NCBI GenBank assembly: GCA_963823335.1
Contig: CAWGLD010000007.1
Coordinates: forward strand, 256,001-320,000
DNA from: an uncultured delta proteobacterium
GTDB lineage: Bacteria; Desulfobacterota; Desulfobacteria; Desulfobacterales; B30-G6
DNA: 64,000 bases
Direction: 5' to 3'
Shown in pieces: positions 38,442-48,380 of this stretch. Each line of letters opens with the position of its first letter. Within the stretch, counting starts at the first letter, position 1. The notes beneath the pieces were generated by a model. The model saw only the letters and a list, made by a program, of their open reading frames with translations, was not told the origin of the DNA and searched no databases. Position numbers and translations under genes: made by a program.

Positions 38442-39032
38442 ATGCCGAAAATCACAGCCATTTATGGAAGCCCGCGGCGAAAAGGCAACACCAGTCGATT
38501 GCTGAAGCAAGCTGTTGCCGGTGCCAGGGAACAAGGTGCCGTGGTAAACGAATTCTTTCTACGTGAAGAAAAAATATCCCCCTGTCTGGAAATCTACGGT
38601 TGTAAAATGGACGGCAATTGCGTCATCAAAGACGATTTTCATCGGGTACGCAACAGCATGTTGGAATCCGGCGGTGTCATGCTGGCTTCACCGATCTTTT
38701 TCTACACCGTCAGTGCCCACACCAAAATATTCATGGACAGATGCCAGTCCTTATGGGTAAAAAAATATTGGATCGAGGGACTGCCTTTCAGTCAGTGGGA
38801 AACAAAACGAAAAGGTCTTTTCATTTCCGTCGGGGCCACCAAAGGTAAAAAACTTTTTGATGGGGCCTTGCTCACCGTTAAATACTTTTTTGACGTTATT
38901 GATGCCAACCTTTGGAAATCCCTGCTTTATCGCGGACTTGATTTTGAAAAAGACATCCTTGATCACCCGGACTATCTCCAGGAAACCTATGAAGCGGGAA
39001 AGCAGTTAGCGATATCACTGCAAGTTAAATAA
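38442..39032 (+). CDS. Flavodoxin-fold protein (NADPH-dependent FMN reductase / iron-sulfur flavoprotein-like)
   Basis: GSPRRKGNT, PCLEIYGC...C.IKDD, ASPIFF, KIFMDR. Confidence 0.88.
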   Translation: MPKITAIYGSPRRKGNTSRLLKQAVAGAREQGAVVNEFFLREEKISPCLEIYGCKMDGNCVIKDDFHRVRNSMLESGGVMLASPIFFYTVSAHTKIFMDRCQSLWVKKYWIEGLPFSQWETKRKGLFISVGATKGKKLFDGALLTVKYFFDVIDANLWKSLLYRGLDFEKDILDHPDYLQETYEAGKQLAISLQVK

Positions 39033-39042
39033 GTTGGGAGAA

Positions 39043-39328
39043 AGGGTTCAAGGAGTCCAGGATTCAAGGATTCAAGTGTTTGTTTTCCAGGGATGTGATC
39101 ATCGCTTTTAGCATTCTCTCTACATCCCCAAGCTCCTCTCTTAATCCCTGAAGCTTTTCCTTGTTCATATAATCCAAATCACCGGATATCATCGTCTGCG
39201 TTTCTAATTCACAGCCTTTAACTCTTTATAATTCTTAAGCATTCAGCTGGTGCCTCACTTCGTCTCACTCGAACCCTGGACCCCTATAATCCTTGAATCC
39301 TTAATTTGGATCAACTCTTTGGGGATGA
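39043..39328. mobile_element. Inverted-octamer-flanked element carrying a four-helix-bundle gene remnant
   Basis: Left gggttcaag gagtccag gattcaag gattcaag; right ctcgaacc ctggaccc ctataatc cttgaatc; tail tttggatcaactctttggggatga. Confidence 0.7.
39064..39242 (-). pseudogene. Internally deleted four-helix-bundle protein gene (23S rRNA IVP / Avd-like family)
   Basis: Reads MLKNYKELK, then an out-of-frame junction, then CELETQTMISGDLDYMNKEKLQGLREELGDVERMLKAMITSLENKHLNP*. These match the family's typical N- and C-termini (ELETQ motif) from recall; the central S..SNIAEG segment is absent. Confidence 0.8.
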
Positions 39329-39361
39329 TCCAATAGGTTAACAATACACATAGGGAGGGAC

Positions 39362-39556
39362 ATGAACAATTATGAGCTTCTGCTTCCCTTTACTATTTGT
39401 GAGCTTATCGATGAACTCAATCGAAAGCTGACCTCTCAGAGTAAGCGCTCAGCCGGTGTAGAACGCGACTTGCTTCAGCTCCAGATTGAAGAAACTCCCC
39501 TCCTTGTATCGTATCGGTCTTGGATGTCAAAAAGCCAAGATAACTTGACAAGTTAA
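39362..39556 (+). CDS. Possible small hypothetical protein (64 aa)
   Basis: GGGAGGG directly upstream of ATG; no recognisable motif. Confidence 0.3.
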   Translation: MNNYELLLPFTICELIDELNRKLTSQSKRSAGVERDLLQLQIEETPLLVSYRSWMSKSQDNLTS

Positions 39557-39603
39557 TAAAAATACAAATTATTACTTAAACACCACCACCTGATACATAT
39601 TCT

Positions 39604-39617
39604 TTGATGTCAATCAA
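39604..39617. promoter_or_regulatory. FNR-type operator TTGAT-N4-ATCAA
   Basis: ttgat-gtca-atcaa, perfect consensus, about 105 bp upstream of the porin start. Confidence 0.65.
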
Positions 39618-39722
39618 GATCCTTTTGCCTAAACATTGATCTTGAAACAAAAACCTAAACAGGCTTTGGGTAAAATGACCATTTGTTAGGCTAACGTGTA
39701 ATAAACCATGGAGGGTAGAACA

Positions 39723-40790
39723 ATGAAAAAAAACTGTTATAAATTATTTACGTATTCGTGCACGATTGCGGTCATTGTCTTATTGGGACTGCAGCCTGTG
39801 CAGGCGCTGGAGGCAAAGCTTTCCGGTCAAATCAACAGAGCACTCATGTGGGCCGATAATGGAAAAGATACGTCGGTTTTGAATGTGGACAATGACAATT
39901 CCTCCACCCGCTTCAGCTTTACAGGTTCCGAGGAAGTCAGCGATACCGTCAAAGTTGGTGTTGTTTGGGAGACCGAGTATCAATCCAATGCATCCAACAA
40001 TGTGGATGTCGGGCAGGATGATGATGGGACATCAGCTTTTAATGATCGAAAACTGGAGGCCTATTTTGTGGTACCCTTCGGTAAGATTTCCATCGGTCAG
40101 GGTGATGGCGCGGCCAATGGAACCTCCGAGGAGGATTTGTCCGGTACCAGCGTGATCATGTACTCGGGAGTTAATGATACAGCCGAGAGTATCCAATTCC
40201 GCGACAAGAACGATACGCCGATTACCAAGGTTGGCAGTACTCGCAGCAATTTTGATGGGTTAAGCCGTAACGATCGCTTGCGATACGACACGCCCAACTT
40301 TGGAGGCGCAACATTCTCGGTCAGCGGCACCAATGGCGATGCCTATGAACTGGCAGCACGCTATTCGGCAGATTTCGACGGTTTTGGAAAAATCACCACT
40401 GCCATCGGATATGTAGATGCCAACAATCGAACGGATCCGGAATACACCCAGATTGGCGGATCGGTGTCCTGGTTGCACACCTCGGGTATCAACCTGACCG
40501 TTTCTTCCGGAACACGTGACATCGACGATACCAGCAGGAACCCTGTCAACTACTACGGCAAACTGGGATACAAATTCGACATCCACGCCATTGCCGTTGA
40601 ATATGGCATGACCGAAGACCTGGCTCAAAAAAAGGATGAATCGAAAAACTACGGTTTGGCTTATGTGATTACCCCCTGGAATGGCGTAGAATTCTATGGT
40701 GCATATCGTACATATATGCTTGACCGCGATGGGACTTCAAACATAGAGGATATTCGTCAGGTCATGCTAGGTACACGTGTCAAATTCTAA
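39723..40790 (+). CDS. Outer-membrane porin (Gram-negative porin family)
   Basis: Signal peptide (VQA-LE), LSGQIN, STRFSFTGSE, amphipathic beta strands, C-terminal Phe. Confidence 0.88.
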   Translation: MKKNCYKLFTYSCTIAVIVLLGLQPVQALEAKLSGQINRALMWADNGKDTSVLNVDNDNSSTRFSFTGSEEVSDTVKVGVVWETEYQSNASNNVDVGQDDDGTSAFNDRKLEAYFVVPFGKISIGQGDGAANGTSEEDLSGTSVIMYSGVNDTAESIQFRDKNDTPITKVGSTRSNFDGLSRNDRLRYDTPNFGGATFSVSGTNGDAYELAARYSADFDGFGKITTAIGYVDANNRTDPEYTQIGGSVSWLHTSGINLTVSSGTRDIDDTSRNPVNYYGKLGYKFDIHAIAVEYGMTEDLAQKKDESKNYGLAYVITPWNGVEFYGAYRTYMLDRDGTSNIEDIRQVMLGTRVKF

Positions 40791-40799
40791 AATTATTTC

Positions 40800-41192
40800 A
40801 TGGAACTTATTATGAAGGCAAGTACGATGCTTACCCGTATGGCGTTGCTGGTGTCCATACTGATCATGGGTGTTTGGAGTTGTGCCGCCAAGCCTTTTGA
40901 TCCACCCCAGACTGGTGAAATCCCTAAAGGACCCGGTGTATTTTCCAAGGGAGAGGATGGAGTGGTACTTTACGATTCAAACAAAAAGCGTTCGCCGGCT
41001 GTATCAACTCCGACACCAACGACCTCGTCAGGGGACGCGGAACAGCCTGCCATTGGATCCGACTATGAAGATTATGAAGGTTACCGACAATGGTTGCTCT
41101 GGAAAAAATCGGCCGTCGGTACCCCGGAATACGAGGAATTTCAACAATGGCGGGAGTGGCGCAAATACCAGGAATGGAAAAAACAAAAGTAA
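40800..41192 (+). CDS. Putative lipoprotein with Trp/Tyr/Glu-rich C-terminal helix
   Basis: Lipobox-like VWSC after a hydrophobic stretch; 9 bp after the porin stop. Confidence 0.75.
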   Translation: MELIMKASTMLTRMALLVSILIMGVWSCAAKPFDPPQTGEIPKGPGVFSKGEDGVVLYDSNKKRSPAVSTPTPTTSSGDAEQPAIGSDYEDYEGYRQWLLWKKSAVGTPEYEEFQQWREWRKYQEWKKQK

Positions 41193-41245
41193 ACCATCGC
41201 GTCAGCGTTCACTGGCGAGGTTGAAGGTTAAGCAAATTTGTCCAG

Positions 41246-42226
41246 TTAGTCAAGGACGTCCCCTAATTGTGCCAGACCATCCATGATCCGCTGCATATCC
41301 TTTGGAATGGGTGCTGTAAATGACATGGCCTGCTGCTCCACAGGATGGACAAAGCTTAAATGCCTGGCGTGCAGCATCTGTCTCCCGGCCGATCTCAGCA
41401 ATGTTTCCAGGGGAGTGCTGTTACGCTTCTTGTTACCAAGCTTTCCGTAAGTATATACGGCATCGCCAACGATCGGATGATGCATGGATGTACAATGTAC
41501 CCGGATCTGATGCGTCCGGCCGGTTTTCAACTCCAGTTCCAGCAGGGTCGCGGCTGTATAGCGTACCTTTACACGCCAGTGTGTTTCGGCATCACGCCCT
41601 TTGGCACTGACCACGGACATCTTTTTTCGGTCTACAGGGTGCCGGCCGATGGGAAGCGAGATATTACCGGATTCAGACCCTAACACACCGTGGACCAAAG
41701 CCAGGTAAGTTTTCTGAACCTCGCGATTCTTGAACTGCCGGCTCAGGTTTTCAAGCGTCAACCGGTTTTTAGCCACCACCATGGTTCCCGAGGTGTCCTT
41801 GTCGAGCCGGTGAACGATCCCGGGTCTCAGTTCCGCGTTGATACCCCCGAGTTCGGGACAATGGTACAGCAGTCCGTTAACAAGGGTGCCGTCATCGTTA
41901 CCTGGCGCAGGGTGAACCACCAGACCGGCAGGCTTGTCGATGACGATGAGGTGCCTGTCTTCAAACAGTATGTTCAGGGGTATGGCTTGCGCTTGCAGAG
42001 AAGGGGGTTCATACACCGGGATGCAACCTTGGATCTTTTCTCCGGGTTTGACACGGTAACCTGGCTTTTTCAGGTTGTTTTGGATCGTAATACGGCCTTC
42101 CTGAATGAGCGTGGCGGCAAAAGATCTGGAACAATCCGAACGGTAAAAAGAAACCACCCGATCAAACCGTTGGCCGGCGTCAGATTCAGCGACGGTGATG
42201 ACAAATTCATCTGGGGGGAACATCAT
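41246..42226 (-). CDS. rluD: RluA/RluD-family 23S rRNA pseudouridine synthase
   Basis: S4-like N-terminus, DKPAGLVVHP, RPGIVHRLDKDTSG, TGRTHQIRVH, QMLHA. Confidence 0.92.
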   Translation of the reverse strand: MMFPPDEFVITVAESDAGQRFDRVVSFYRSDCSRSFAATLIQEGRITIQNNLKKPGYRVKPGEKIQGCIPVYEPPSLQAQAIPLNILFEDRHLIVIDKPAGLVVHPAPGNDDGTLVNGLLYHCPELGGINAELRPGIVHRLDKDTSGTMVVAKNRLTLENLSRQFKNREVQKTYLALVHGVLGSESGNISLPIGRHPVDRKKMSVVSAKGRDAETHWRVKVRYTAATLLELELKTGRTHQIRVHCTSMHHPIVGDAVYTYGKLGNKKRNSTPLETLLRSAGRQMLHARHLSFVHPVEQQAMSFTAPIPKDMQRIMDGLAQLGDVLD

Positions 42227-42237
42227 GTGGATGGGAA

Positions 42238-42786
42238 TTACTTTTCTTCGGGTACGAACAAAGATTCTATTTCGGCAACAATGGTCTCTTCTTTTGTGTT
42301 CCTGGCCGTGGACAGCTCCTTGACCAGAAGGCCCTGGGCTGTATCGTAGAGTTTTCTTTCACCAAAAGAGAGATCTTTTGTCAACCGCAGTATGGAGAGA
42401 TCCCGAAACACTTCCGCGACTTCATACAGAGAGCCGGTCTTAATTTTATCCATATATTCGCGATATCTGCGATTCCATGTCTGGTTATCGATGGTGGATT
42501 CCTGTCTGGTTTTCATGACCTCGATAATCTTGGGAATTTCCTTCTCACTGATCACTTCCCGCAACCCCACTGATACGACATTCCAGGTAGGAATCATGAT
42601 CACCATGCCATTCTCGACGATTTTCATGATATAGAAATCGTGGGTTTCCCCATTGATCACACGGCTTTCGATTGCTTCGATCTTGCCGACACCATGGGCC
42701 GGGTATACAGCCAGATCGCCCACCTCGAATGTTCTGGCAGGCACATCGCTTTTTATATCGGATTCATTCTCGGATTTATTTGACAT
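42238..42786 (-). CDS. carD: CarD/CdnL-family RNA polymerase-binding regulator
   Basis: FEVGDLAVYPAHGVGKI, VGLR, WNRRYR, LSFGERK; start at MSNKS assumed. Confidence 0.92.
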   Translation of the reverse strand: MSNKSENESDIKSDVPARTFEVGDLAVYPAHGVGKIEAIESRVINGETHDFYIMKIVENGMVIMIPTWNVVSVGLREVISEKEIPKIIEVMKTRQESTIDNQTWNRRYREYMDKIKTGSLYEVAEVFRDLSILRLTKDLSFGERKLYDTAQGLLVKELSTARNTKEETIVAEIESLFVPEEK

Positions 42787-42841
42787 TCTCACACCACAAA
42801 CAGTTGAAACACGTGGATCAAACTTACTTATATGAAAGGGA

Positions 42842-42870
42842 AATATAACACTCTTGAACCAAACAAGCAA
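42842..42870 (-). promoter_or_regulatory. Putative sigma70 promoter of carD
   Basis: TTGCTT-N17-TATATT on the minus strand. Confidence 0.5.
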
Positions 42871-42872
42871 CG

Positions 42873-42909
42873 AAAAAAAGGATTGGTGCATCTCTGCACC
42901 AATCCTTTT
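42873..42909 (-). terminator. Intrinsic (possibly bidirectional) terminator after hppA
   Basis: aaaaaaaggattggtgca-tctc-tgcaccaatcctttt. Confidence 0.85.
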
Positions 42910-42937
42910 CTAAATACAACGTTTGGATCGTGTTAAA

Positions 42938-44950
42938 CTACATCAGGAACGGTACCATCAGCAGTGCCACCACATTCAGAATCTTGATCATGGGATTCAC
43001 TGCGGGTCCAGCGGTATCCTTGTATGGATCGCCAACCGTATCACCGGTAACGGCCGCTTTGTGTGCGTCACTCCCCTTGCCGCCCAGGTGACCATCCTCG
43101 ATATACTTTTTGGCATTGTCCCAGGCAGCGCCTCCGGTGGTCATGGAGATGGCCACAAAAACACCCGTGACAATACTACCGATCAGCAGACCGCCCAGGG
43201 CCACCTTGCCCAGCAGAAAGCCAACCAGCAGCGGTGCGATAACCGGCAGAAGGGCCGGAACGATCATTTCTTTCAGTGCAAACTTCGTCACGATATCGAC
43301 GCATGCACCATAATCGGGTTTGGCCGTACCTTCCATGATACCCGGTATGTCGCGGAACTGACGGCGAACTTCGTCAACCACGGCACCCCCGGCATTACCC
43401 ACCGCTTTCATGGCAATGGAAGCAAAGAGGTAGGGAAGCAGCCCGCCGATAAAGAGCCCGATGATGACATTGACATCACTCAGATCGAATCGAATCAAGC
43501 CCTCTTTACCGCCATGCAAGGTAAATTCCTGTACATAGGCCGCAAAAAGAACCAGGGCTGCCAGGGCTGCCGAGCCGATGGCATATCCCTTGGTGACGGC
43601 CTTGGTGGTGTTGCCCACCGCATCGAGAGGATCGGTTACGGCGCGGACACTGTCATCCATGTTGGCCATTTCGGCGATCCCGCCGGCATTGTCGGTAATG
43701 GGTCCGTAAGCGTCGATGGCAATGACCATACCGGTCATGGAGAGCATGGACATGGCTGCCATGGCGATACCGTACAGACCGGCAAAACTGAAGGCCAGCC
43801 AGATGGCAAGGCAGATGGCCAGAATCGGTGCGGCCGTAGCCTGCATGCTGACTGCCAGACCAGCAATAATGTTGGTGCCGTGCCCGGTTGTGGACGCTTC
43901 TGCAATGGCTTTTACCGGACCGTAGATACCGGTATAATACTCGGTGATAATCACGATCACGACGGTCAGGATCAGTCCGATCAAGGTACAGTAATAGATG
44001 GACATTGTTGAAAGATCACCCACGCCCACAAACATCTTGGTTGTGGCATAATAGAAGGCGATGGCAGCCAGAATAGCCGCTCCGAACATTCCTTTGTAGA
44101 GCGCGCCCATGATGTACTCGCTCTTGCCGAGTTTTACAAAGAAAATCGCAATAATGGATGCGATGATCGATATGGCGCCCAGTACCAGCGGAAATTCTGT
44201 AGCGATCTGCACATCCGGAAAAAGCAGATGCCCGATGAGCATGGCCGCCACGGCAGTCACCGCGTAGGTCTCGAAAAGGTCGGCCGCCATACCGGCACAG
44301 TCGCCCACATTGTCGCCTACATTGTCGGCAATGGTGGCCGGGTTTCGCGGATCATCCTCCGGAATACCTGCCTCAACCTTACCCACGAGATCGGCGCCAA
44401 CGTCGGCACCTTTGGTAAAGATACCGCCGCCGAGACGGGCGAAAATGGAAATAAGACTGCCGCCGAATCCAAGCGCCACCAGTGCGATGACATCATGTGT
44501 AGCGGCGTAGTAGCCTGCGGTGACGGTCAAAGCCAGACCGGCAACGATCATTCCGGTTACGGCACCACCCCTGAATGCCATGGCAAGACCTGCTGCCATG
44601 CCCTTCCTTGCGGCCTCTGCCGTTCTGACATTGGCGATAACAGACACACGCATGCCGATATAGCCTGCCAAAAATGAAGCCACGGCTCCGATAAGGAAAC
44701 CGATGGCGGTCTTGGCGCCCATGGCGGCGAAGATCACGATAAAGATGATGACCCCGGCAACACCCATGCTTTTCATCTGACGGTTCAGATATGCGATGGC
44801 ACCTTCCTTGATGGCATTGGCAATCCCCTGCATCTTCTCATTACCTGCCGGAGCACTCTTTACAATCGTGGCAAGGATAACGGAAAATAAAACGCCGACA
44901 ACGCCGACCAGCGAACAGATTAACGGTATATTGTTCATTACAACGTCCAT
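42938..44950 (-). CDS. hppA: Membrane-bound ion-translocating pyrophosphatase, K+-independent signature
   Basis: [35 protein letters not shown] (Lys), [11 protein letters not shown]. Confidence 0.96.
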   Translation of the reverse strand: MDVVMNNIPLICSLVGVVGVLFSVILATIVKSAPAGNEKMQGIANAIKEGAIAYLNRQMKSMGVAGVIIFIVIFAAMGAKTAIGFLIGAVASFLAGYIGMRVSVIANVRTAEAARKGMAAGLAMAFRGGAVTGMIVAGLALTVTAGYYAATHDVIALVALGFGGSLISIFARLGGGIFTKGADVGADLVGKVEAGIPEDDPRNPATIADNVGDNVGDCAGMAADLFETYAVTAVAAMLIGHLLFPDVQIATEFPLVLGAISIIASIIAIFFVKLGKSEYIMGALYKGMFGAAILAAIAFYYATTKMFVGVGDLSTMSIYYCTLIGLILTVVIVIITEYYTGIYGPVKAIAEASTTGHGTNIIAGLAVSMQATAAPILAICLAIWLAFSFAGLYGIAMAAMSMLSMTGMVIAIDAYGPITDNAGGIAEMANMDDSVRAVTDPLDAVGNTTKAVTKGYAIGSAALAALVLFAAYVQEFTLHGGKEGLIRFDLSDVNVIIGLFIGGLLPYLFASIAMKAVGNAGGAVVDEVRRQFRDIPGIMEGTAKPDYGACVDIVTKFALKEMIVPALLPVIAPLLVGFLLGKVALGGLLIGSIVTGVFVAISMTTGGAAWDNAKKYIEDGHLGGKGSDAHKAAVTGDTVGDPYKDTAGPAVNPMIKILNVVALLMVPFLM

Positions 44951-44969
44951 TCTTTCCTCCATCTGGTGT

Positions 44970-45566
44970 TTAACTTGAGGGTTGAATTGTTCTCTCGTTA
45001 AATCGATTCATACCTTCCCTTGTGCCTTCACAAAGGATTGTTACAGCAGCATCCCGAGAACGCGTCACAATCTGTTCCAACAGGTTTGCTTCATCGGGTC
45101 GGAACCGCCCTAAAACATGGCCGGTGACATTGCTTTCATTCTCGGAACGACCGATACCCACACGAAGACGGATGAAATTTCCGTCTCCCAGCGTATCGAT
45201 AATAGACCTCACTCCATTGTGCCCTCCGTGCCCTCCTTTCACTTTTATTTTAATTCTGCCATAAACAAGATCAATATCGTCATGAATGACCAACATGTTC
45301 CTGTGTTCTATGCCAAAGTACTCAATTATCCGGTAAATGGGAATGCCACTCCTGTTCATATAGGACTGGGGCTTGATAAGAACGACTTCCCTGCCCTTTA
45401 CAGAGCCCCGTCCATAAAACGCATCGAATTTTTGTCTGTCAATCGGGATCGCATATTCCGACGACAGGGCGTCAGTTACAAGGAAACCCACATTGTGTCG
45501 GGTTCCACGATATTTGTCGCCGGGATTGCCCAACCCTGCGACAACATGTAGTGTCCTGTCAGACAT
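44970..45566 (-). CDS. pth: Peptidyl-tRNA hydrolase
   Basis: [29 protein letters not shown]. Confidence 0.97.
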   Translation of the reverse strand: MSDRTLHVVAGLGNPGDKYRGTRHNVGFLVTDALSSEYAIPIDRQKFDAFYGRGSVKGREVVLIKPQSYMNRSGIPIYRIIEYFGIEHRNMLVIHDDIDLVYGRIKIKVKGGHGGHNGVRSIIDTLGDGNFIRLRVGIGRSENESNVTGHVLGRFRPDEANLLEQIVTRSRDAAVTILCEGTREGMNRFNERTIQPSS

Positions 45567-46220
45567 TTATTCAGCACTGTCAGGCTCGACCTCGCCCTCA
45601 ACGGCTTCCTCTTCGCCCTCTCCTTCTTCTTCTTCCTCTACGACTTCTTCTTCTTCAGCTTTCGGGCTCAGGACCGTCACGATCGTGAAATTGGATTCGT
45701 CAACCAGTTCAAACGAGTCATCGATGGACACTTCATCCATGTGTTTCGAGTCTCCGATGCCCATATCGGTCACATCGACTTCAATCGACTCGGGAATGTT
45801 GTTCGGATAACAGAAGACTTCCACTTCATGCCGAACCAGTTGAAGCACACCACCCTCCTCGACGCCTATTGACTGGCCAATGGCCACAACCGGAATGCTG
45901 ATTTTGATCTTTTGATCCATGGTTACTTCATAAAAGTCCACATGCAGCAAGCTGCCGGAAACCGGTTGGGTCTGCAACTCCTTGATCATGGCCGTCCTTG
46001 ATGTCTGCTTTCCGTTCTGAATCAGCAGATTGAGCAGTACCTGTCCGATACCGGATGTCTTCAGAATGTTCTCGAGCTCTTTTGATATTACCGAGAGCAT
46101 CACCGGTTCTGCCTTGGGTCCATAGAGTATGGCAGGAATCATGCCTTCCCGTCGGAGTTCTCTTGCGGCGCCGTTTCCCACTTTATTTCGTACCGTTACC
46201 TTCAATTCAATCTTTTCCAA
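45567..46220 (-). CDS. rplY: 50S ribosomal protein L25 / general stress protein Ctc
   Basis: LRREGMIPAILYG, HVDF, acidic tail; TTG start with GGAGG RBS. Confidence 0.95.
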   Translation of the reverse strand: MEKIELKVTVRNKVGNGAARELRREGMIPAILYGPKAEPVMLSVISKELENILKTSGIGQVLLNLLIQNGKQTSRTAMIKELQTQPVSGSLLHVDFYEVTMDQKIKISIPVVAIGQSIGVEEGGVLQLVRHEVEVFCYPNNIPESIEVDVTDMGIGDSKHMDEVSIDDSFELVDESNFTIVTVLSPKAEEEEVVEEEEEGEGEEEAVEGEVEPDSAE

Positions 46221-46308
46221 AAAATATCCTCCTTTTAGCCCGCAACCAAACAGGCGGGTAATCTTTCGTCATAAAAGCGACAACGTCGCGCTAAATAAAT
46301 TCGCAAAG

Positions 46309-46360
46309 TGAACCGAAACAGCGAGCGCATTCCCCGTAGCTTGCTGCGAGGTTCTTCAAT
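46309..46360. repeat. Interspersed palindromic element, copy 1 (AGCGAGCGCA...GCTTGCTGC...TCTTCAAT)
   Basis: Shared with 58411-58484 and 63723-63865. Confidence 0.8.
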
Positions 46361-46364
46361 TTAT

Positions 46365-47303
46365 TTATACAAACAAAGATGTTACGGAATCGCCTGTGAA
46401 GCTCCGTATAATTGCTTCCCCCACGATTTCAGAAATAGTCAATATTTTCAATTTGTCGCAGCTTCCCGCTTTGTCACTCAATGGAATCGTGTCCGTCGCG
46501 ACGAGACTCTTGAGCGATGATGCATTGATCCTTTCTATTGCCGGACCGGAAAGCACCGGATGGGCGCAACATGCGTGAACTTCCTGGGCGCCCTCGCGGG
46601 TGAGCGCTTCGGCCGCCTGTGTCAACGTGCCGGCCGTATCCACCATGTCATCCAGGATAATCGCTACCTTGTTCTTTACATTTCCGATCACTGCCATGGC
46701 CTTGGCCACGTTGGGTGCTGAACGTCTTTTGTCGATTATGGCAAGGTCGGCCGCCAGGCGTTTTGCAAATGCCCTGGCCCTCTCGACACCCCCGGCATCC
46801 GGGGAGACAACCACCAGGTTGCCATTGAAATTTTCTCTGATATAGTCGATCAATACGGGGGCAGCAAAAAGATTGTCCACGGGAATGTTAAAGAATCCCT
46901 GAATCTGCCCGGCATGCAAGTCCATCGTAATCACTCTGCTCGCACCGGCGGTTTCGATGAGATCCGCCACGAGTTTGGCACTGATGGGTACACGGGGAGC
47001 GACCTTCTTGTCCTGCCGTGCATACCCGAAGTAAGGAATAACCGCACCGATTCGAAGCGCCGACGACCGCTTCAGTGCATCCAGCATCATCAGCAACTCC
47101 ATCAGATTGTCATTAACCGGGCGGCACGTGGATTGAACGACATAGACGGTCTTACCGCGCACGTTCTCGTCGATCTCGACCTGCACTTCGCCATCACTGA
47201 ACGTGGCGACTTTCGCACCACCCAATGGCAACCGAAGATAGTCACAAATCTGTTTTGCCAGTACCGGATTCGAATTGCCCGAAAAAATCAGAGGACCTGT
47301 CAT
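46365..47303 (-). CDS. prs: Ribose-phosphate pyrophosphokinase
   Basis: [40 protein letters not shown]. Confidence 0.98.
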   Translation of the reverse strand: MTGPLIFSGNSNPVLAKQICDYLRLPLGGAKVATFSDGEVQVEIDENVRGKTVYVVQSTCRPVNDNLMELLMMLDALKRSSALRIGAVIPYFGYARQDKKVAPRVPISAKLVADLIETAGASRVITMDLHAGQIQGFFNIPVDNLFAAPVLIDYIRENFNGNLVVVSPDAGGVERARAFAKRLAADLAIIDKRRSAPNVAKAMAVIGNVKNKVAIILDDMVDTAGTLTQAAEALTREGAQEVHACCAHPVLSGPAIERINASSLKSLVATDTIPLSDKAGSCDKLKILTISEIVGEAIIRSFTGDSVTSLFV

Positions 47304-47372
47304 GACGCTCCTGGAATCTGAGTTCTCGATACATGTCTCAATATTTTACTTCTCTCTCACAATAGCGGTTCA

Positions 47373-47447
47373 TGGCTGGGGCGGGAGGATTCGAACCTCC
47401 GAATGCAGGAACCAAAGTCCTGTGTCTTACCGCTTGACGACGCCCCA
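47373..47447 (-). tRNA. tRNA-Gln (anticodon TTG)
   Basis: TGGGGCGTCGTCAAGCGGTAAGACACAGGAC-TTTGG-TTCCTGCATTCGGAGGTTCGAATCCTCCCGCCCCAGCCA; cloverleaf, encoded CCA, classic ispE-tRNAGln-prs synteny. Confidence 0.97.
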
Positions 47448-47465
47448 TCATGATCTTTAACAGGT

Positions 47466-48335
47466 TCAAATCAACGTCTCAGCCATAAACAGCCGCCACC
47501 GGTGATGTGCTGACAACAGTTCACACGCACGCCTGGCTTTGCGTGAATCCGAATAAATTCCGAAGACCGCCGGACCACTGCCAGACATCAATGCTACATC
47601 GGCCCCCGCCTGGAGAAGTTGCCTTTTTATATCCGATATTAAAGGATATTCTGAAATTGTCACCGTCTCGAGATCGTTACACGAATAGTGTTTGAAATCG
47701 AATGTCGATTTGTCAGAAAAGAAATTTTTAAGTTTTTTTCCACAATTTGTCAATCCCAAATTCAGTTTTTTATACACGGCCGCCGTTGAAACAGGAATAT
47801 CAGGGCAGGCCACAACAATCGGCAAAACCTGCAGTCCATCATAAATCTCGAGACACTCCCCGATACCGGTTGCCACAGCCGGTTTTTGCTGAAGAAAAAA
47901 AGGTACGTCAGCACCGATGGAAAGCCCCATACGGTTCATTTCCGCTGTCGAAAAAGGCATCCCATGATATTGATTGAGATGCAACAGCGTCCGACCCGCA
48001 TTGCTGCTCCCGCCACCCAGACCCGCAGCCACAGGTATGTGCTTCTCTATGAATATGGATACACCCCCATGACCCCCAGGTTCCGGGTGATCTTGGTGCA
48101 CCATCGACAATCTATTGTAAAACAGGCTTGCAGCCTTGAATGCCAGGTTACCCTCATTGTCCGGCACCCCTGGATTGTCACATCGAACAGAAATCCCCGG
48201 TGTTTCAAAATTGAATGTCATTACATCATACAGACTGATGTGACTCATGAGGGTCACGAGTTCATGATACCCGTCAGGCCGTTTGCCCGTGACCTGAAGA
48301 AACAAATTAATTTTAGCGGGTGAGAGAATCTTCAT
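47466..48335 (-). CDS. ispE: 4-diphosphocytidyl-2-C-methyl-D-erythritol kinase
   Basis: PAKINLFL, DGYHEL, IPVAAGLGGGSS, GADVPFF, MSGSG. Confidence 0.96.
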   Translation of the reverse strand: MKILSPAKINLFLQVTGKRPDGYHELVTLMSHISLYDVMTFNFETPGISVRCDNPGVPDNEGNLAFKAASLFYNRLSMVHQDHPEPGGHGGVSIFIEKHIPVAAGLGGGSSNAGRTLLHLNQYHGMPFSTAEMNRMGLSIGADVPFFLQQKPAVATGIGECLEIYDGLQVLPIVVACPDIPVSTAAVYKKLNLGLTNCGKKLKNFFSDKSTFDFKHYSCNDLETVTISEYPLISDIKRQLLQAGADVALMSGSGPAVFGIYSDSRKARRACELLSAHHRWRLFMAETLI

Positions 48336-48380
48336 TTACCGGTCAAAAATCGTTTTACCTAAATTGAGCGATTGTCGAGG

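Noticed and set aside
42923-44011. 362-aa plus-strand ORF
   Set aside because: Antisense shadow of hppA.
46235-46295. Possible L25 autoregulatory leader hairpins
   Set aside because: Only short stems (cccgc/gcggg, gcgac/gtcgc); cannot be supported without covariation data.
47373-47447. tRNA-Gln as an integration site for an island
   Set aside because: Native ispE-tRNA-prs synteny is intact; no integrase or duplicated tRNA 3' end in the window.
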